Below, piece after piece: positions 19,422 through 29,353 of a DNA stretch of 64,000 bases. Source of the stretch: an uncultured virus (IMG/VR IMGVR_UViG_3300048930_000871) (Duplodnaviria; Heunggongvirae; Uroviricota; Caudoviricetes); the IMG/VR virus record IMGVR_UViG_3300048930_000871. The stretch is one strand, 5' to 3'. The translations under genes were made by a program, and so were the position numbers. Positions within the stretch are counted from its first letter, which is position 1. Each line of letters opens with the position of its first letter. The notes under the pieces were generated by a model, which saw only the letters and a program-made list of their open reading frames with translations, was not told where the DNA came from and searched no databases.

Positions 19422-21316
19422 ACGCATTCACAGATGATCCAATCCTGGACTGGGTCCCCCCTGGCCCAGAAATTCCCAGTATTCCGGCCGGCGCGTGCGT
19501 CGCGCTTGACTTGGAAACTCACGATCCAAGCCTGAAGACAAGAGGCCCCGGTTGGGCCTTTAATGATGGATACATCGTGGGAGTGGCCCTGGCCTGGGGA
19601 CTCGAGACCCTCAACTACTGCTCATATTTCCCGTTCAAGCACGCCGGGGGGAATTGGCAGGGCGACCACGGGAAGTTCATGCGATGGCTACGGTTCCAGT
19701 TCATGCGGGAAGACCTGGAATGGTGTTTCGCCAATGCATCCTACGACATGGGGTGGATGAAGCGGATCCCCGAAGGCCGAATCCACGACGTACAGGTCGC
19801 AGCCCCCCTGCTCAACGAACACCGGTTCTCATATAGCCTGGATGCGCTGGCGAAAACTGAACTCGGCGAGGGCAAAGATGAGAGCCTGCTATATGAGTGG
19901 GTGAAGAAGTCCGGGCTGAAGGGAAGCCCCAAGGGGATGATGGCCCTGATGCCGTCGTTCGCTGTTGGTCCCTACGCCGAGCAGGATGCTCGCGCTACCT
20001 GGAGACTTCACAAACTCTACATGCCTCGAATTGTGAAGCAGGGGCTGACTCAGGTCTATCGTCTGGAGATGGATCTCATCCCTATGCTGATGGACATGCG
20101 CCGAACCGGCGTGCGCGTGGATGTGCCGAAAGCCATTCAGCTACGCGAAATCGTGCTGACGGAAGAGAAGGATGCGCAGCGGGCGCTGAAACACACGACC
20201 GGAAAACGCATCGGCGCTTGGGATATCCAGATGCAGATGGATGTTCTCAGGGCAGAGGGATTCAAGGACTTTCCCAAGACAGCTAAGAAGAAAGTGGACG
20301 GACTGACCGCGGCCACCCTTCAGATGCTGTCTGGTCAGCAGAGCAAGGCAGGGGAGATCGCCAACCAGATTCTGGACCTTCGTCGTAAGAATCGACAACG
20401 TGTCACGTTCATCGAACGATTGATCCTCGATCATGAACACCGGGGCCGTATTCACGCGCAATTCAACCAGCTGAAATCGGATGATGGCGGCACCGTGTCC
20501 GGTCGATTCTCTTCGCAGGATCCAAATCTTCAGCAGATACCGGCACGTGATGAAGGTGCTGCGGAACGAATTCGCGGGCTATTCCTGGGCGAAGAAGGGG
20601 AACAAGTCGCATCCGTCGATTATGCCTCGCAGGAACCACGGCTCGCCATCCATTGGGCGGTGGCCGGCGGCTCTCGTCTAGCTGCCAAGATGGCCCAGGA
20701 ATTTCACGCTAACCCGAGACTTGATCTGCACCAGAAGGTGGCAGACATCATGGACATCAAGCGAAGCAAGGCGAAGATTCTCAACTTGGCCCAGATGTAC
20801 GGGCAGGGGGGTGGTGCTCTATGCCTGGCTCTAGGGCTTCCTGCGGCCCCAGATAAATTCGTGAATGATTCCGGTCGGGAAATCGAGTACCTGGCACCGG
20901 GCGAAGAAGGGAAGTCTATCATCGACGAGTACAACCGAATCATGCCATTCATGAAGGCGACAGCCAAACGGACTGAAGCTGAAGGCAGGGAATCTGGGTT
21001 CATCACGACCCTTATGGGCAGGCGGTGTCGGGTGTTCTATTATCCCGGCGGAGGCGATGATGCGAGAAAGATGTTCAACAGACGTATTCAGGGCAGCGCC
21101 GCCGACATGATTAAGAAGGCGATGCTTGATGCCTGGAAGGCCGGCTACAAGCTGCGAATGACCGTACACGACGAGAACGTGTTCAGTGTCAAGAACAGCA
21201 AGGAAGCGAAGGAGTGCGTGGAAATCATGAACGCCGCGGTCTCTATCGCAGTGCCTGTCGTCTGTGACTTGGCGATGGGCCCGACCTGGGGAACCATGAA
21301 GGAGATAGTAACCTAG
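19418..21316 (+). CDS. family A DNA polymerase with 3'-5' exonuclease
   Basis: Exo I DLET, Exo II NASYD, Exo III YAEQD; SGRFSSQDPNLQQIP; motif A DYASQEPR, B KILNLAQMYG, C VHDE. Confidence 0.95.
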   Translation: MNAFTDDPILDWVPPGPEIPSIPAGACVALDLETHDPSLKTRGPGWAFNDGYIVGVALAWGLETLNYCSYFPFKHAGGNWQGDHGKFMRWLRFQFMREDLEWCFANASYDMGWMKRIPEGRIHDVQVAAPLLNEHRFSYSLDALAKTELGEGKDESLLYEWVKKSGLKGSPKGMMALMPSFAVGPYAEQDARATWRLHKLYMPRIVKQGLTQVYRLEMDLIPMLMDMRRTGVRVDVPKAIQLREIVLTEEKDAQRALKHTTGKRIGAWDIQMQMDVLRAEGFKDFPKTAKKKVDGLTAATLQMLSGQQSKAGEIANQILDLRRKNRQRVTFIERLILDHEHRGRIHAQFNQLKSDDGGTVSGRFSSQDPNLQQIPARDEGAAERIRGLFLGEEGEQVASVDYASQEPRLAIHWAVAGGSRLAAKMAQEFHANPRLDLHQKVADIMDIKRSKAKILNLAQMYGQGGGALCLALGLPAAPDKFVNDSGREIEYLAPGEEGKSIIDEYNRIMPFMKATAKRTEAEGRESGFITTLMGRRCRVFYYPGGGDDARKMFNRRIQGSAADMIKKAMLDAWKAGYKLRMTVHDENVFSVKNSKEAKECVEIMNAAVSIAVPVVCDLAMGPTWGTMKEIVT

Positions 21317-21391
21317 TCACTCAGGCGCCGGTGTGCTACCCTAGGGCACCGCAACCGGGGGATTAGTCATGAAAGACTTTGGGTCAGGGGA

Positions 21392-21592
21392 ATGTCGATG
21401 ACCAAGCGAATCGTCGAGTTACGCTGTCCGCTTGGTCGCCCAAGCCTGTTCATGTTTGACTTCAGGGGCGCTGCCGAATGCGACCGAAAGGCCGCAATGC
21501 GATTCACTGAAGAGCAGGCGCGCGAGATTGCGCGTAGGGAGAAGAAACTTCGTCCGGCAAGAAAAGTCCTGATAATCACGGTGGAGAAGTGA
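21392..21592 (+). CDS. hypothetical protein
   Basis: Short ORF after a TGCTACCCT promoter-like site. Confidence 0.5.
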   Translation: MSMTKRIVELRCPLGRPSLFMFDFRGAAECDRKAAMRFTEEQAREIARREKKLRPARKVLIITVEK

Positions 21593-21593
21593 C

Positions 21594-21926
21594 ATGGAAC
21601 TGCGGACAGCTTATCTGGCGACCAGGAAGATTTACAGCCAGAAGGGAACGCTGCTGGGGACAGTGACGTACCCCGAAGAATGGGATAGTCAAGTCGTCCA
21701 GCGCGGGGGGTTTCGTATCGCGTTCTTCGTGGACAAAAGGTCCATACGAGAACTACTGGAAACTGACGCGATTGCTGTTCCAGATGTTCGGACTCTACTT
21801 ATCGTTCCATCCGTGCATGAAAAAGGAGCGGTAAAGATAATCGGAGTTTCTATGGAGGAATTTGAGCAGATGCCCTTCTGCTCGTTCCAACCGGGGGCTT
21901 CGTACATCAGGAGTCTGATGGAATGA
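21594..21926 (+). CDS. hypothetical protein
   Basis: GGAG RBS, packed. Confidence 0.65.
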   Translation: MELRTAYLATRKIYSQKGTLLGTVTYPEEWDSQVVQRGGFRIAFFVDKRSIRELLETDAIAVPDVRTLLIVPSVHEKGAVKIIGVSMEEFEQMPFCSFQPGASYIRSLME

Positions 21927-22120
21927 GCAGGTACATCGTGGTTGACAAAAGCCGATTTGGGGAGATGCACGTTCTCAAGAACGGCAACATGTCGTTCTTC
22001 GGAACCCCCCGCAAGTTCCTGTCCAAGGAAGCCGCTCGAGAAGTGGCTGCCTCGTGGGCGCAGCATTTCGCAGACTGCGGGAGAGAAGGACATAAGGTCG
22101 TGGTACGGACTGTGGTCTAG
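21923..22120 (+). CDS. hypothetical protein
   Basis: ATGA overlap. Confidence 0.6.
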   Translation: MSRYIVVDKSRFGEMHVLKNGNMSFFGTPRKFLSKEAAREVAASWAQHFADCGREGHKVVVRTVV

Positions 22121-22242
22121 CGACAGGTAGCCGTGCTAGGCTAGCGGCAGGCGCGTAAGGAGGTCATGGTGCGTAAGGGAATGCATATCCTGATCATGTC
22201 AGTAAGTCTATGGGCCGCTATCTATTCTGCGGCTGTATCTAG

Positions 22243-22605
22243 ATGGACGATGCTGTGGATCTTCTTGGCGCTGGCGTTCGCAACCTCTCGCCTGAGCAGG
22301 AGTTCCATGAAATGATCAACCGTGCCGGATTGATTTTCTGGCTGCGAAGAAACGGCTGGCAGGAAAGCGACACTGAGGTCGAAACATTCTTCACCATGCC
22401 GAGTGTCACTCATCGGGGCTTTTATCTACTGCTCACGCTGTGGAAGACCCGGGTAACCCTGAGTGTTTGTATTCTGACAGACGACTCATACGAAGAAGTG
22501 ATCGGTCGAGAACTGTACAGCCGACTGGAATATCGAAATGGCCTGCCGACGATTCCCGGCTTGGCTGATAGCGTCCATTCACCACATCGGAGGATAAAGG
22601 CGTGA
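22243..22605 (+). CDS. hypothetical protein
   Basis: GTGA overlap with the next gene. Confidence 0.55.
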   Translation: MDDAVDLLGAGVRNLSPEQEFHEMINRAGLIFWLRRNGWQESDTEVETFFTMPSVTHRGFYLLLTLWKTRVTLSVCILTDDSYEEVIGRELYSRLEYRNGLPTIPGLADSVHSPHRRIKA

Positions 22606-23297
22606 GATCTACTCTGAGTGATCGTCCTCGAGATAACCGCGGGTTCATCATACCGTGGTTTGTCACGAACAAGAAGCCTGACGGTCGATGGGATTTCGTG
22701 CGGATATCTCCAAGTCAAGTCTTGCGAGCAGTGGAAGAGGATGCGTGTTGGATCTGCGGGGGGAAGCTGACGCCCTTTCGCACATTCGCTGCCGGGCCGC
22801 TGTCTGTGATGACCTGCTGCGTTGCAGAACCCCCCGGGCATCTGGACTGTATGCGATATGCAGTCGTCACCTGCCCGTTCATGACCACCCCGACTTACCA
22901 GCGATCGTTTGTTTCTGGTGAAATGCCGGGCTTCGCTATTCCGCGGAATCCCAAGGTGAGTGTTCTGGCCTCTACGAACAGAGTTCGGGTCGCCGTCAGA
23001 GATGGGGGAATCTTGTTTCATCTTTCCGGCATATTCAAGGCCGAATTTTACCGAGAAGGGCGAAAAGCGACCGAGGAAGAACTGGCAGAATCCATTGAAG
23101 AAGGACTGCCTATGCTGCTCCCGCTGGTTAAGTCGAAGAAGGATCTTGTTTCACTGGTCCACATGGCCTGCAATGTCTGGACGCTATTTCTCGGGCACGC
23201 TCACCCCGAATATGACAAACTTCGAAAGAAATACCTGGGCCTTCTTACGAATGGTACCGGGCGCCATGCCCGGCCGGCAAGCGCCAGCCAGTCGTAG
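22602..23297 (+). CDS. phage protein with Cys motifs
   Basis: RGFIIPWFV, CWICG, EPPGHLDCMRYAVVTCPF. Confidence 0.7.
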   Translation: MRSTLSDRPRDNRGFIIPWFVTNKKPDGRWDFVRISPSQVLRAVEEDACWICGGKLTPFRTFAAGPLSVMTCCVAEPPGHLDCMRYAVVTCPFMTTPTYQRSFVSGEMPGFAIPRNPKVSVLASTNRVRVAVRDGGILFHLSGIFKAEFYREGRKATEEELAESIEEGLPMLLPLVKSKKDLVSLVHMACNVWTLFLGHAHPEYDKLRKKYLGLLTNGTGRHARPASASQS

Positions 23298-23302
23298 CAG
23301 CC

Positions 23303-23653
23303 ATGAAGATAATTCGCACGAATAAGCCCGCCCCGAAGGTGATCAAGAGGACTCCGAAAAAGCCAGTTCCGGAAGTTCTGCGAGAGGGCACCGGCTGGCC
23401 CGTTCACCGGGGAATTCCGCAGAGTTCCAACAAGGCGGCCCATCACGCCATAGAGGTAGAAGGAAAGATACATGTCTTCTTGTGGGAACCAGATTCCCCC
23501 CTGGAGGCCATGTGGTCGTGCGGATTGTATAGATGCTCGGCCTCGGTCATGGGCCGACATAACTACCGGGGGGAAGTGTCGGTTGTCTATCGACTAAGCC
23601 CTTCGGAGCCTGCTCCCATCCAACCTCAGCAATTCTGGAAGAAACGCAGATGA
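23303..23653 (+). CDS. hypothetical protein
   Basis: Packed ORF; ATGA overlap. Confidence 0.6.
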   Translation: MKIIRTNKPAPKVIKRTPKKPVPEVLREGTGWPVHRGIPQSSNKAAHHAIEVEGKIHVFLWEPDSPLEAMWSCGLYRCSASVMGRHNYRGEVSVVYRLSPSEPAPIQPQQFWKKRR

Positions 23654-23985
23654 GCACCTTAGATGATCTTCTCGACTTCTACATCAAGGAAGCCTGGACA
23701 AAGGATGAAGAGGACGGCACTCTTCATCCTTCCGACATGCTTATCGCAGATAAGGGGAGACGAGCATACGAATTCAAGCACCCGACAGAAGGAAAGCCTC
23801 TGGTCACTGAAGATGTCCGGAAGGCGGCTTACATTGTCGCCTTGGCTGAGATTGCGGATGCAATGCGAGATCTAGCTCGCTGCATCAACATGCCTCACTC
23901 GGAACATCGAGTCCTCACCATCGGTCTCTGCATCCAGAATCTGCAGAATGCAGAATTCGCCATCCGGAAAGTCACTCGCACATGA
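23650..23985 (+). CDS. hypothetical protein
   Basis: ATGA overlaps. Confidence 0.65.
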   Translation: MSTLDDLLDFYIKEAWTKDEEDGTLHPSDMLIADKGRRAYEFKHPTEGKPLVTEDVRKAAYIVALAEIADAMRDLARCINMPHSEHRVLTIGLCIQNLQNAEFAIRKVTRT

Positions 23986-24260
23986 GCCTGAGACCCTACA
24001 ATCTGGCGAAGATCAGGCAGCCGGGCAGCCGGGCGGGCGCCGCGTGGCTCCTGGTGGATACGGTTGAAGGACCAGGAATTCATCACCCCCAGGTGATTCA
24101 ATTGCTGGGAGATAATCCTTCCATCCAGGATCTCACCATGCTCCGGGACACGCTGAATATCGTGTTCGTCATTGGCCGCCGTTCATGCCAGAATGAACTC
24201 CGGCTGGCGCTTGGGATACGATCCTGGGGAGAAGATCTCACACTGGACAAGGAGTCCTGA
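23982..24260 (+). CDS. hypothetical protein
   Basis: ATGA overlap. Confidence 0.6.
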   Translation: MSLRPYNLAKIRQPGSRAGAAWLLVDTVEGPGIHHPQVIQLLGDNPSIQDLTMLRDTLNIVFVIGRRSCQNELRLALGIRSWGEDLTLDKES

Positions 24261-24261
24261 C

Positions 24262-24516
24262 ATGTCTCTGTATCTGAAAGCCGTCCTCTACGCTGTCCCC
24301 GTCCTCATCGTCTTGGCTGTCGGGGGATATATCTGGTATCTCAAGGAACAGCTGAACGGAACACTGAAAGAAGTGTCCGATCTCAGAACGGAGGTGACAA
24401 ATGTTCGTGAAAGCATCGACAATCTTCAGACGCGCCTGGGTATCGAGGACACTGTCCGCCGCACTCCTGACCCTGCTGGCGTCTTGCGCGACAGATACTC
24501 CCGTCCCACGGAGTGA
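24262..24516 (+). CDS. Rz-like inner-membrane spanin
   Basis: AAGGAG RBS; N-terminal TM segment followed by a coiled coil; overlapped by a lipoprotein ORF. Confidence 0.7.
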   Translation: MSLYLKAVLYAVPVLIVLAVGGYIWYLKEQLNGTLKEVSDLRTEVTNVRESIDNLQTRLGIEDTVRRTPDPAGVLRDRYSRPTE

Positions 24517-24658
24517 CAGATGCGCAGGCTGGAGAGTCATCCTCATCAGCCCGGCTGATCAGCTGACGAGAGGAACTGCTGAGCAGATCCTTTCGCACAA
24601 CGAAACAGGTCTGGCCTTTCATTGCTGGAACGATAAGACCCAGAATGTGAGATCCTAG
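24401..24658 (+). CDS. Rz1-like outer-membrane lipoprotein spanin
   Basis: GGAGGT RBS inside the Rz gene, +1 frame; lipobox LLASC; C.GW...D.LT..T..QIL.HN...C.W pattern. Confidence 0.7.
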   Translation: MFVKASTIFRRAWVSRTLSAALLTLLASCATDTPVPRSDRCAGWRVILISPADQLTRGTAEQILSHNETGLAFHCWNDKTQNVRS

Positions 24659-24681
24659 ACTTCAAACCTTGGAAAGACAAA

Positions 24682-24999
24682 ATGATCTACAGGCATCTAC
24701 GTCGAGGCACCACCTATCGTCTCATCACACGCTGCCCGCTCACCTGTCAAGGCAGCGTGGCAGAAGGGATGGTTCTCAAGATGGTCGTAGGAGTAGACAA
24801 CTCCATGCGAATCATGCCGGAAATGAACTGCCACTACGATTATGAAGGTCTATGGGCCAGGGGGGAACTGCAGAGCGATACCCCCCTGCCGGCCGGCACA
24901 ATTCTGGTCTGCTACCAAGAAACATCCGGGTCGAATATTTTCTGGTTCAGGCCGGAAAATGAATTCGACGATGGGCGATTCGTGGAGGTGCCTGAATGA
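24682..24999 (+). CDS. DUF1653-like protein
   Basis: YRHLRRGTTY ... WFRPENEFDDGRF. Confidence 0.55.
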   Translation: MIYRHLRRGTTYRLITRCPLTCQGSVAEGMVLKMVVGVDNSMRIMPEMNCHYDYEGLWARGELQSDTPLPAGTILVCYQETSGSNIFWFRPENEFDDGRFVEVPE

Positions 25000-25153
25000 G
25001 TATGGCCCACGCCATGATCCTCATAGCCAAACTAGAGGAAGAGTTTGAGCGGCAGCAAGACGTTGCCGCTCACAACGGCAGCTTTCAGGGAGGAATGATC
25101 ATCAGCGCGCAGCAGGATCTTATCCGCAAAATCAAGGAGGCTTTGCTCAAGCC

Positions 25154-25504
25154 ATGACTGTCTATATCGACGACATGTATCGCTATCCTCTGGGCCAATT
25201 CGGCAGGATGAAGATGAGTCACATGTTCGCCGAACAGGATGAAGAACTTCACCTGATGGCCGACAAGATAGGTGTCTCACGTCGTTGGTATCAGGGAGAT
25301 CACTATGACGTCTCCATGACGAAGCGCGATTTGGCGATTCAGAACGGGGCCGTCCCGGTGACTCTTAATATCGCAGCGAAGATGATGCTCCAGAAAAGAT
25401 CGAATGGAGTCCTTCCCAAACCCGGAGAAGTGATCGATCCTCGGGTGAAGAAACTCGTGGCTGAAACCAAGCCCGGAAGAATTATCAGGAGAACCTCGCG
25501 ATGA
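25154..25504 (+). CDS. DUF4031 family protein
   Basis: MTVYIDD..MSHMFA..EELH.MA.KIG..R.WYQ.DHYD. Confidence 0.8.
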   Translation: MTVYIDDMYRYPLGQFGRMKMSHMFAEQDEELHLMADKIGVSRRWYQGDHYDVSMTKRDLAIQNGAVPVTLNIAAKMMLQKRSNGVLPKPGEVIDPRVKKLVAETKPGRIIRRTSR

Positions 25505-26946
25505 GCCAGACCTACACCAACGGCAGACTTACCAAGCCGAATCCTCAGCTCCCCCCGCCGAGGGATCACCAAATCGAAGCGCTCAAATTCACGCGGAAAA
25601 AGCGGAGACGGAACTACTTCGGCCTGTTCATGGATCCAGGCACCGGAAAGACCAAGGTTGCGCTGGAGAAGATGGCCGAACTCTACAACAATGACACCAT
25701 CGAGGTCGCCCTGGTGTTCGCGCCTAATGGTGTCCACACGCAGTGGATCGAGGAACAGGCTGCCGAACACTGCCCGGTTCCCTGGCGGGGCATCATCTGG
25801 AGTCCACATCGCACCCGCAAGTGGAAGGACGAAACTCTCTACACTCTCAAGAAGTCGGACAGTCTCATTATTGTTTCCATGAATTGGGAGTCCCTCACCA
25901 CGAAGGACGGACTGAACTTCTGCCGGTGGCTGCTGAAGAACAAACTCGTCGGTATCTGGGCCGACGAGAGCAGCCGGATTCGCAACCCGAAGGCGATTCG
26001 CACGAGGAGGGCTCTTGAGTTAGCGCCGCTTGCTGAGACGAGATCCATTCTCACTGGGACTCCCATCGCAAAGGGAATCGAGAATCTCTGGGCTCAGATG
26101 CAATTCCTCAGCCCAGAGATTCTGGATTGCAGAACCTTCGTACAGTTTAGAAGCCTCTACTGCAAAACCCGGCCAGTACCCGGCCGCAGGGGGGCTGTGA
26201 TGATCTCTGGATATCAGCGAGTCGACGAACTAATGTCGCTGATCAAGCCGCACATCTTCACGAAAACAAAAGAGGAATGTCTCGACCTCCCGCCCAAGAT
26301 CTACACGAAATCTCCCGTGATGATGACCGCGGTTCAAGAGAAAGCATACCAGACGATGCGAGACGAGTTGATCGTCGAATTGTCGGAACTGCAGAAAGTC
26401 ACAGTCGCACATCTCATCTCGGCCAGGGCCAAGTTGCGGCAGATCGCTATCGGCTTTATCCTGGACAAGAACAGGGTCGGCAATCCTCTGCCCACAATGA
26501 GATACAAGAGGGCTTTGGAACACATCGAAGAAGCCCCGGGAAAGATCATCCTGTGGACGTCTTTTCGCTGGTGCCTAGCAGAGTGGGAGCGTCTGCTAAC
26601 CTACCACGACATCGGGTATGTTCGCTACCAGAAAGGCGATAACGATTCCATCAAGTTATGGAAGAGGGATCCAAAGAGAATCGTGTTTCTGGGCAACCCT
26701 CACTCGGGCGGCATCGGATTGAATCTTGCTAATGCAGACACGATGATCTATTTCAACAACACTGACGACGCCGAGATTCGGTGGCAGTCCGAAGACCGTG
26801 CTCACCGTATCGGGCAGACGGAGCACCTGAATATCATTGATCTATTTTCGCCTGGGACTGTTGAAATAAAGATGCAGAAACAGCAGGCCGCCAAAGAATC
26901 CCTGGCGAACATTGTGATGAGAAGAGGGTGGAGAGCCGCACTTTAA
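25501..26946 (+). CDS. SNF2-family helicase
   Basis: DPGTGKT, DESS, LTGTP, GGIGLNL, QSEDRAHRIGQ. Confidence 0.95.
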   Translation: MSQTYTNGRLTKPNPQLPPPRDHQIEALKFTRKKRRRNYFGLFMDPGTGKTKVALEKMAELYNNDTIEVALVFAPNGVHTQWIEEQAAEHCPVPWRGIIWSPHRTRKWKDETLYTLKKSDSLIIVSMNWESLTTKDGLNFCRWLLKNKLVGIWADESSRIRNPKAIRTRRALELAPLAETRSILTGTPIAKGIENLWAQMQFLSPEILDCRTFVQFRSLYCKTRPVPGRRGAVMISGYQRVDELMSLIKPHIFTKTKEECLDLPPKIYTKSPVMMTAVQEKAYQTMRDELIVELSELQKVTVAHLISARAKLRQIAIGFILDKNRVGNPLPTMRYKRALEHIEEAPGKIILWTSFRWCLAEWERLLTYHDIGYVRYQKGDNDSIKLWKRDPKRIVFLGNPHSGGIGLNLANADTMIYFNNTDDAEIRWQSEDRAHRIGQTEHLNIIDLFSPGTVEIKMQKQQAAKESLANIVMRRGWRAAL

Positions 26947-26965
26947 TTGCCACCTGGCAACGGGC

Positions 26966-26994
26966 TTGCTTGTCAGCTTGGGGGGTGCTACCAT
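26966..26994 (+). promoter_or_regulatory. sigma70-like promoter
   Basis: TTGCTT-17 bp-TACCAT with TG extension. Confidence 0.55.
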
Positions 26995-27043
26995 GCTTAC
27001 GGCGACGCCCATGGGGGGCGGCGTTCTCCTGGGGATATACGAC

Positions 27044-27526
27044 ATGCTGGTCTTGTTTGAATTCGAAGGTCGGGATTTCGTGGTGCGGGCCACGCCGTTT
27101 GGGAAGAACGGGTACCATCACGGCAGGGTGCTCTATGCGGATCCGGTGAAGGTGCCGTTGGAAGAACGAGTTTCACTCCCCCCGGCTGTGGTGGAAAAGC
27201 CGAAGCCCGTGGAAAAGCCGAAGCCCGTGGAAAAGCCGAAGCCCGTGGAAAAACTGACGAGCAGGGCGATCGACACGGCGCGTCGTCACCCGAATCTGGC
27301 CATCTGGGATTCTCAGGCCAAGGCTTTCTGGAATTGGTTGGTGGAGAAGAATAAGTTGAGCGGGCTGGTCACCTCGCTCCACCAAGAATTTCGTGAATCG
27401 CGAGGGGAAAAGCGGTCGCCCGGCCTTGCCTTTCAGGTGGCCGCGTGTGGGGAACGTCTGGGCATGTGGAAGGTCATCGAGAACAAGAAGCGCACCCGGT
27501 TCAGCCTGCAAGTGGCGAAGGCGTAG
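27044..27526 (+). CDS. hypothetical protein with VEKPKP repeat linker
   Basis: ATG 27044 after GGGGA; contains an 18-bp tandem repeat. Confidence 0.65.
   Translation: MLVLFEFEGRDFVVRATPFGKNGYHHGRVLYADPVKVPLEERVSLPPAVVEKPKPVEKPKPVEKPKPVEKLTSRAIDTARRHPNLAIWDSQAKAFWNWLVEKNKLSGLVTSLHQEFRESRGEKRSPGLAFQVAACGERLGMWKVIENKKRTRFSLQVAKA
27191..27252 (+). repeat. 18-bp in-frame tandem repeat GTGGAAAAGCCGAAGCCC, about 3.4 copies
   Basis: Read directly. Confidence 0.95.
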
Positions 27527-27531
27527 CGTGA

Positions 27532-27852
27532 ATGGATATGGATATTCGTGGCCGGGAATGGAACCCGGCGATCAAGAAATTGATGATGTCGCCGGGGGCA
27601 TATCGCGCTCGTGCGCTTGTCCGCAGAAACATAGCCGCCCAGGATCTTGTCGAGGGGGACACATGGGCGGCCCACAACAATCTGCGTGAAGCGGAACGTC
27701 TTGAGAGGGAGGCTCATGCGTATCAAGGGGATGATGTGGCAAGAAGTCCGCAAGTGGAACCGAATCCGGAAGGAACTCGGATACCTGCCCCACTACCACC
27801 ACGTCGGCCGGATACGGATGGAAGTCCGGTTCGTCCTATGCCGAAACGATAA
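27532..27852 (+). CDS. hypothetical protein
   Basis: Packed ORF; 3' part overlaps an alternative ORF ending at 27985. Confidence 0.5.
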   Translation: MDMDIRGREWNPAIKKLMMSPGAYRARALVRRNIAAQDLVEGDTWAAHNNLREAERLEREAHAYQGDDVARSPQVEPNPEGTRIPAPLPPRRPDTDGSPVRPMPKR

Positions 27853-28103
27853 GCGATGGTGGACCGTGGTGAACCTGACAACAGGTAAGACCCACGAGTT
27901 CCACAAGAATGGCACCCCCCGGAATGGTTCCAGGGGGCGTCTCGTCGGACCACTAATCGTTAAACGGAGGATCATCCGGCTATGAATTTCTTGTCGCAGG
28001 TCTCATTCTGGGCAGGGCTGCTTATCGGCATCGTTGGAACTGCCATGATCGTGGGGGGTTTCGCCCTCTGGGCTCTTCGTGATGTCCAGGAGGATGCGGA
28101 CTG

Positions 28104-28511
28104 ATGTTCGAACCATATCCGGCTATGCCGATTCCTCATCAAGATGCCGCAAAGGAACTGAAATGGGTAAGACGGTCATTCTCCGCAATGTTCTCCAACA
28201 CGGAGCATCTGGCAGACTCTCTGCTGTTCATTCGCTCAAAGCAGCAGGAACCCGTGTTCCTAAAGGCCATCAGCGAAGTGTTGATGAAGCTTCACCCAAG
28301 CGTCACACCATCGCTCGAAGCAATCTACCGGAAAAGTCCCCCCGGAGGGATTCGCGTGGTGTTCAGCCCGGACAGCAGGGTTCGTCCGTCCTTCAGATGG
28401 AAGGGGATAATAGCTCCCGCCGTCTACGTAGCGCCGGATCTGGACAACATCGTACTCATGCGGGGGGCGCTGCTATATCGCGACACCGCTGGGTGGAGCA
28501 TTCACACGTGA
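28104..28511 (+). CDS. hypothetical protein
   Basis: AGGAGG upstream; GTGA junction. Confidence 0.55.
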   Translation: MFEPYPAMPIPHQDAAKELKWVRRSFSAMFSNTEHLADSLLFIRSKQQEPVFLKAISEVLMKLHPSVTPSLEAIYRKSPPGGIRVVFSPDSRVRPSFRWKGIIAPAVYVAPDLDNIVLMRGALLYRDTAGWSIHT

Positions 28512-28700
28512 ATGGCACCATATTCAAGAATCGGCGAATCCACCCGTCGCGAATCTTCCTGGCCCTGAATCGCACGAAAAACAGTGTGCGAGGGGTGCTG
28601 GTAGAAGCCGACGGAACCTCGATCCAGGCCACGGTGACCCTGGAGTCGTTGACTGTCGACTTCCCTTTCGTGTTCTGGATGCCGCCCCATGGAGATAACG

Positions 28701-29270
28701 ATGTCCGATAACATCGGCGTGAGCCGCGCCCGCCTGATCCAGGAATTGTCCGACGGCTTGGTGTTCAAGATGTCGGGAAGTCAGCTGGACGAGTTTCGGG
28801 AATTCGTTTTCAAAGCGATGTCCTCGATAGACTCAGCCGAAACCCTCGATGTGGTGCTCGCCATAAAGGGGTTCGCAGAAGATAACAGGGGCGGCCATAC
28901 TGGAGAAAGCCGGTTCGAGTCCATATTTTCGGTTCCCAAAGATGCGGCAGAAAGTATCATGAACGATACCTTCCTGAATTCCGCGACGTCTGTACTGGAA
29001 GATGATCAGCTTTCAACTCTAGCCAACACCACCGGATCCATCTTCTGCCGTCAGAAGGAGCATCTTAGTAGTGACCCAATTGAGGTGGAGAGCAATTCTA
29101 TCAGCGATATTCTGGTAAACCTAATTCTGAATCTGGTGCGGAGACGAAAACCCGGATTCAACCTAGACAGTAGGGCGAATTCCAATTTCTTGATTATTCA
29201 CTACCGCTACAGAGACATGAAGGGGGTCATTCGCACCCACTTCTCTGCCATGTGGCAAATGCGGAATTAA
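28701..29270 (+). CDS. hypothetical protein
   Basis: GGAG RBS before ATG 28701. Confidence 0.65.
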   Translation: MSDNIGVSRARLIQELSDGLVFKMSGSQLDEFREFVFKAMSSIDSAETLDVVLAIKGFAEDNRGGHTGESRFESIFSVPKDAAESIMNDTFLNSATSVLEDDQLSTLANTTGSIFCRQKEHLSSDPIEVESNSISDILVNLILNLVRRRKPGFNLDSRANSNFLIIHYRYRDMKGVIRTHFSAMWQMRN

Positions 29271-29278
29271 ATGATTGT

Positions 29279-29307
29279 TTGCAGCTCGTAACGGACCGTG
29301 GTACGGT
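29279..29307 (+). promoter_or_regulatory. sigma70-like promoter for the exported-protein genes
   Basis: TTGCAG-17 bp-TACGGT with TG extension. Confidence 0.5.
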
Positions 29308-29353
29308 GGCGTTGCCCGGCATATCGTCGGGCGTAAAGGGAAAGTGTCTTATC

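Noticed and set aside
17460..21316. Z-base (PurZ/DatZ/DpoZ) or 7-deazaguanine system
   Set aside because: HD and PolA are present, but no PurZ, DpdA, FolE or Que genes are recognisable.
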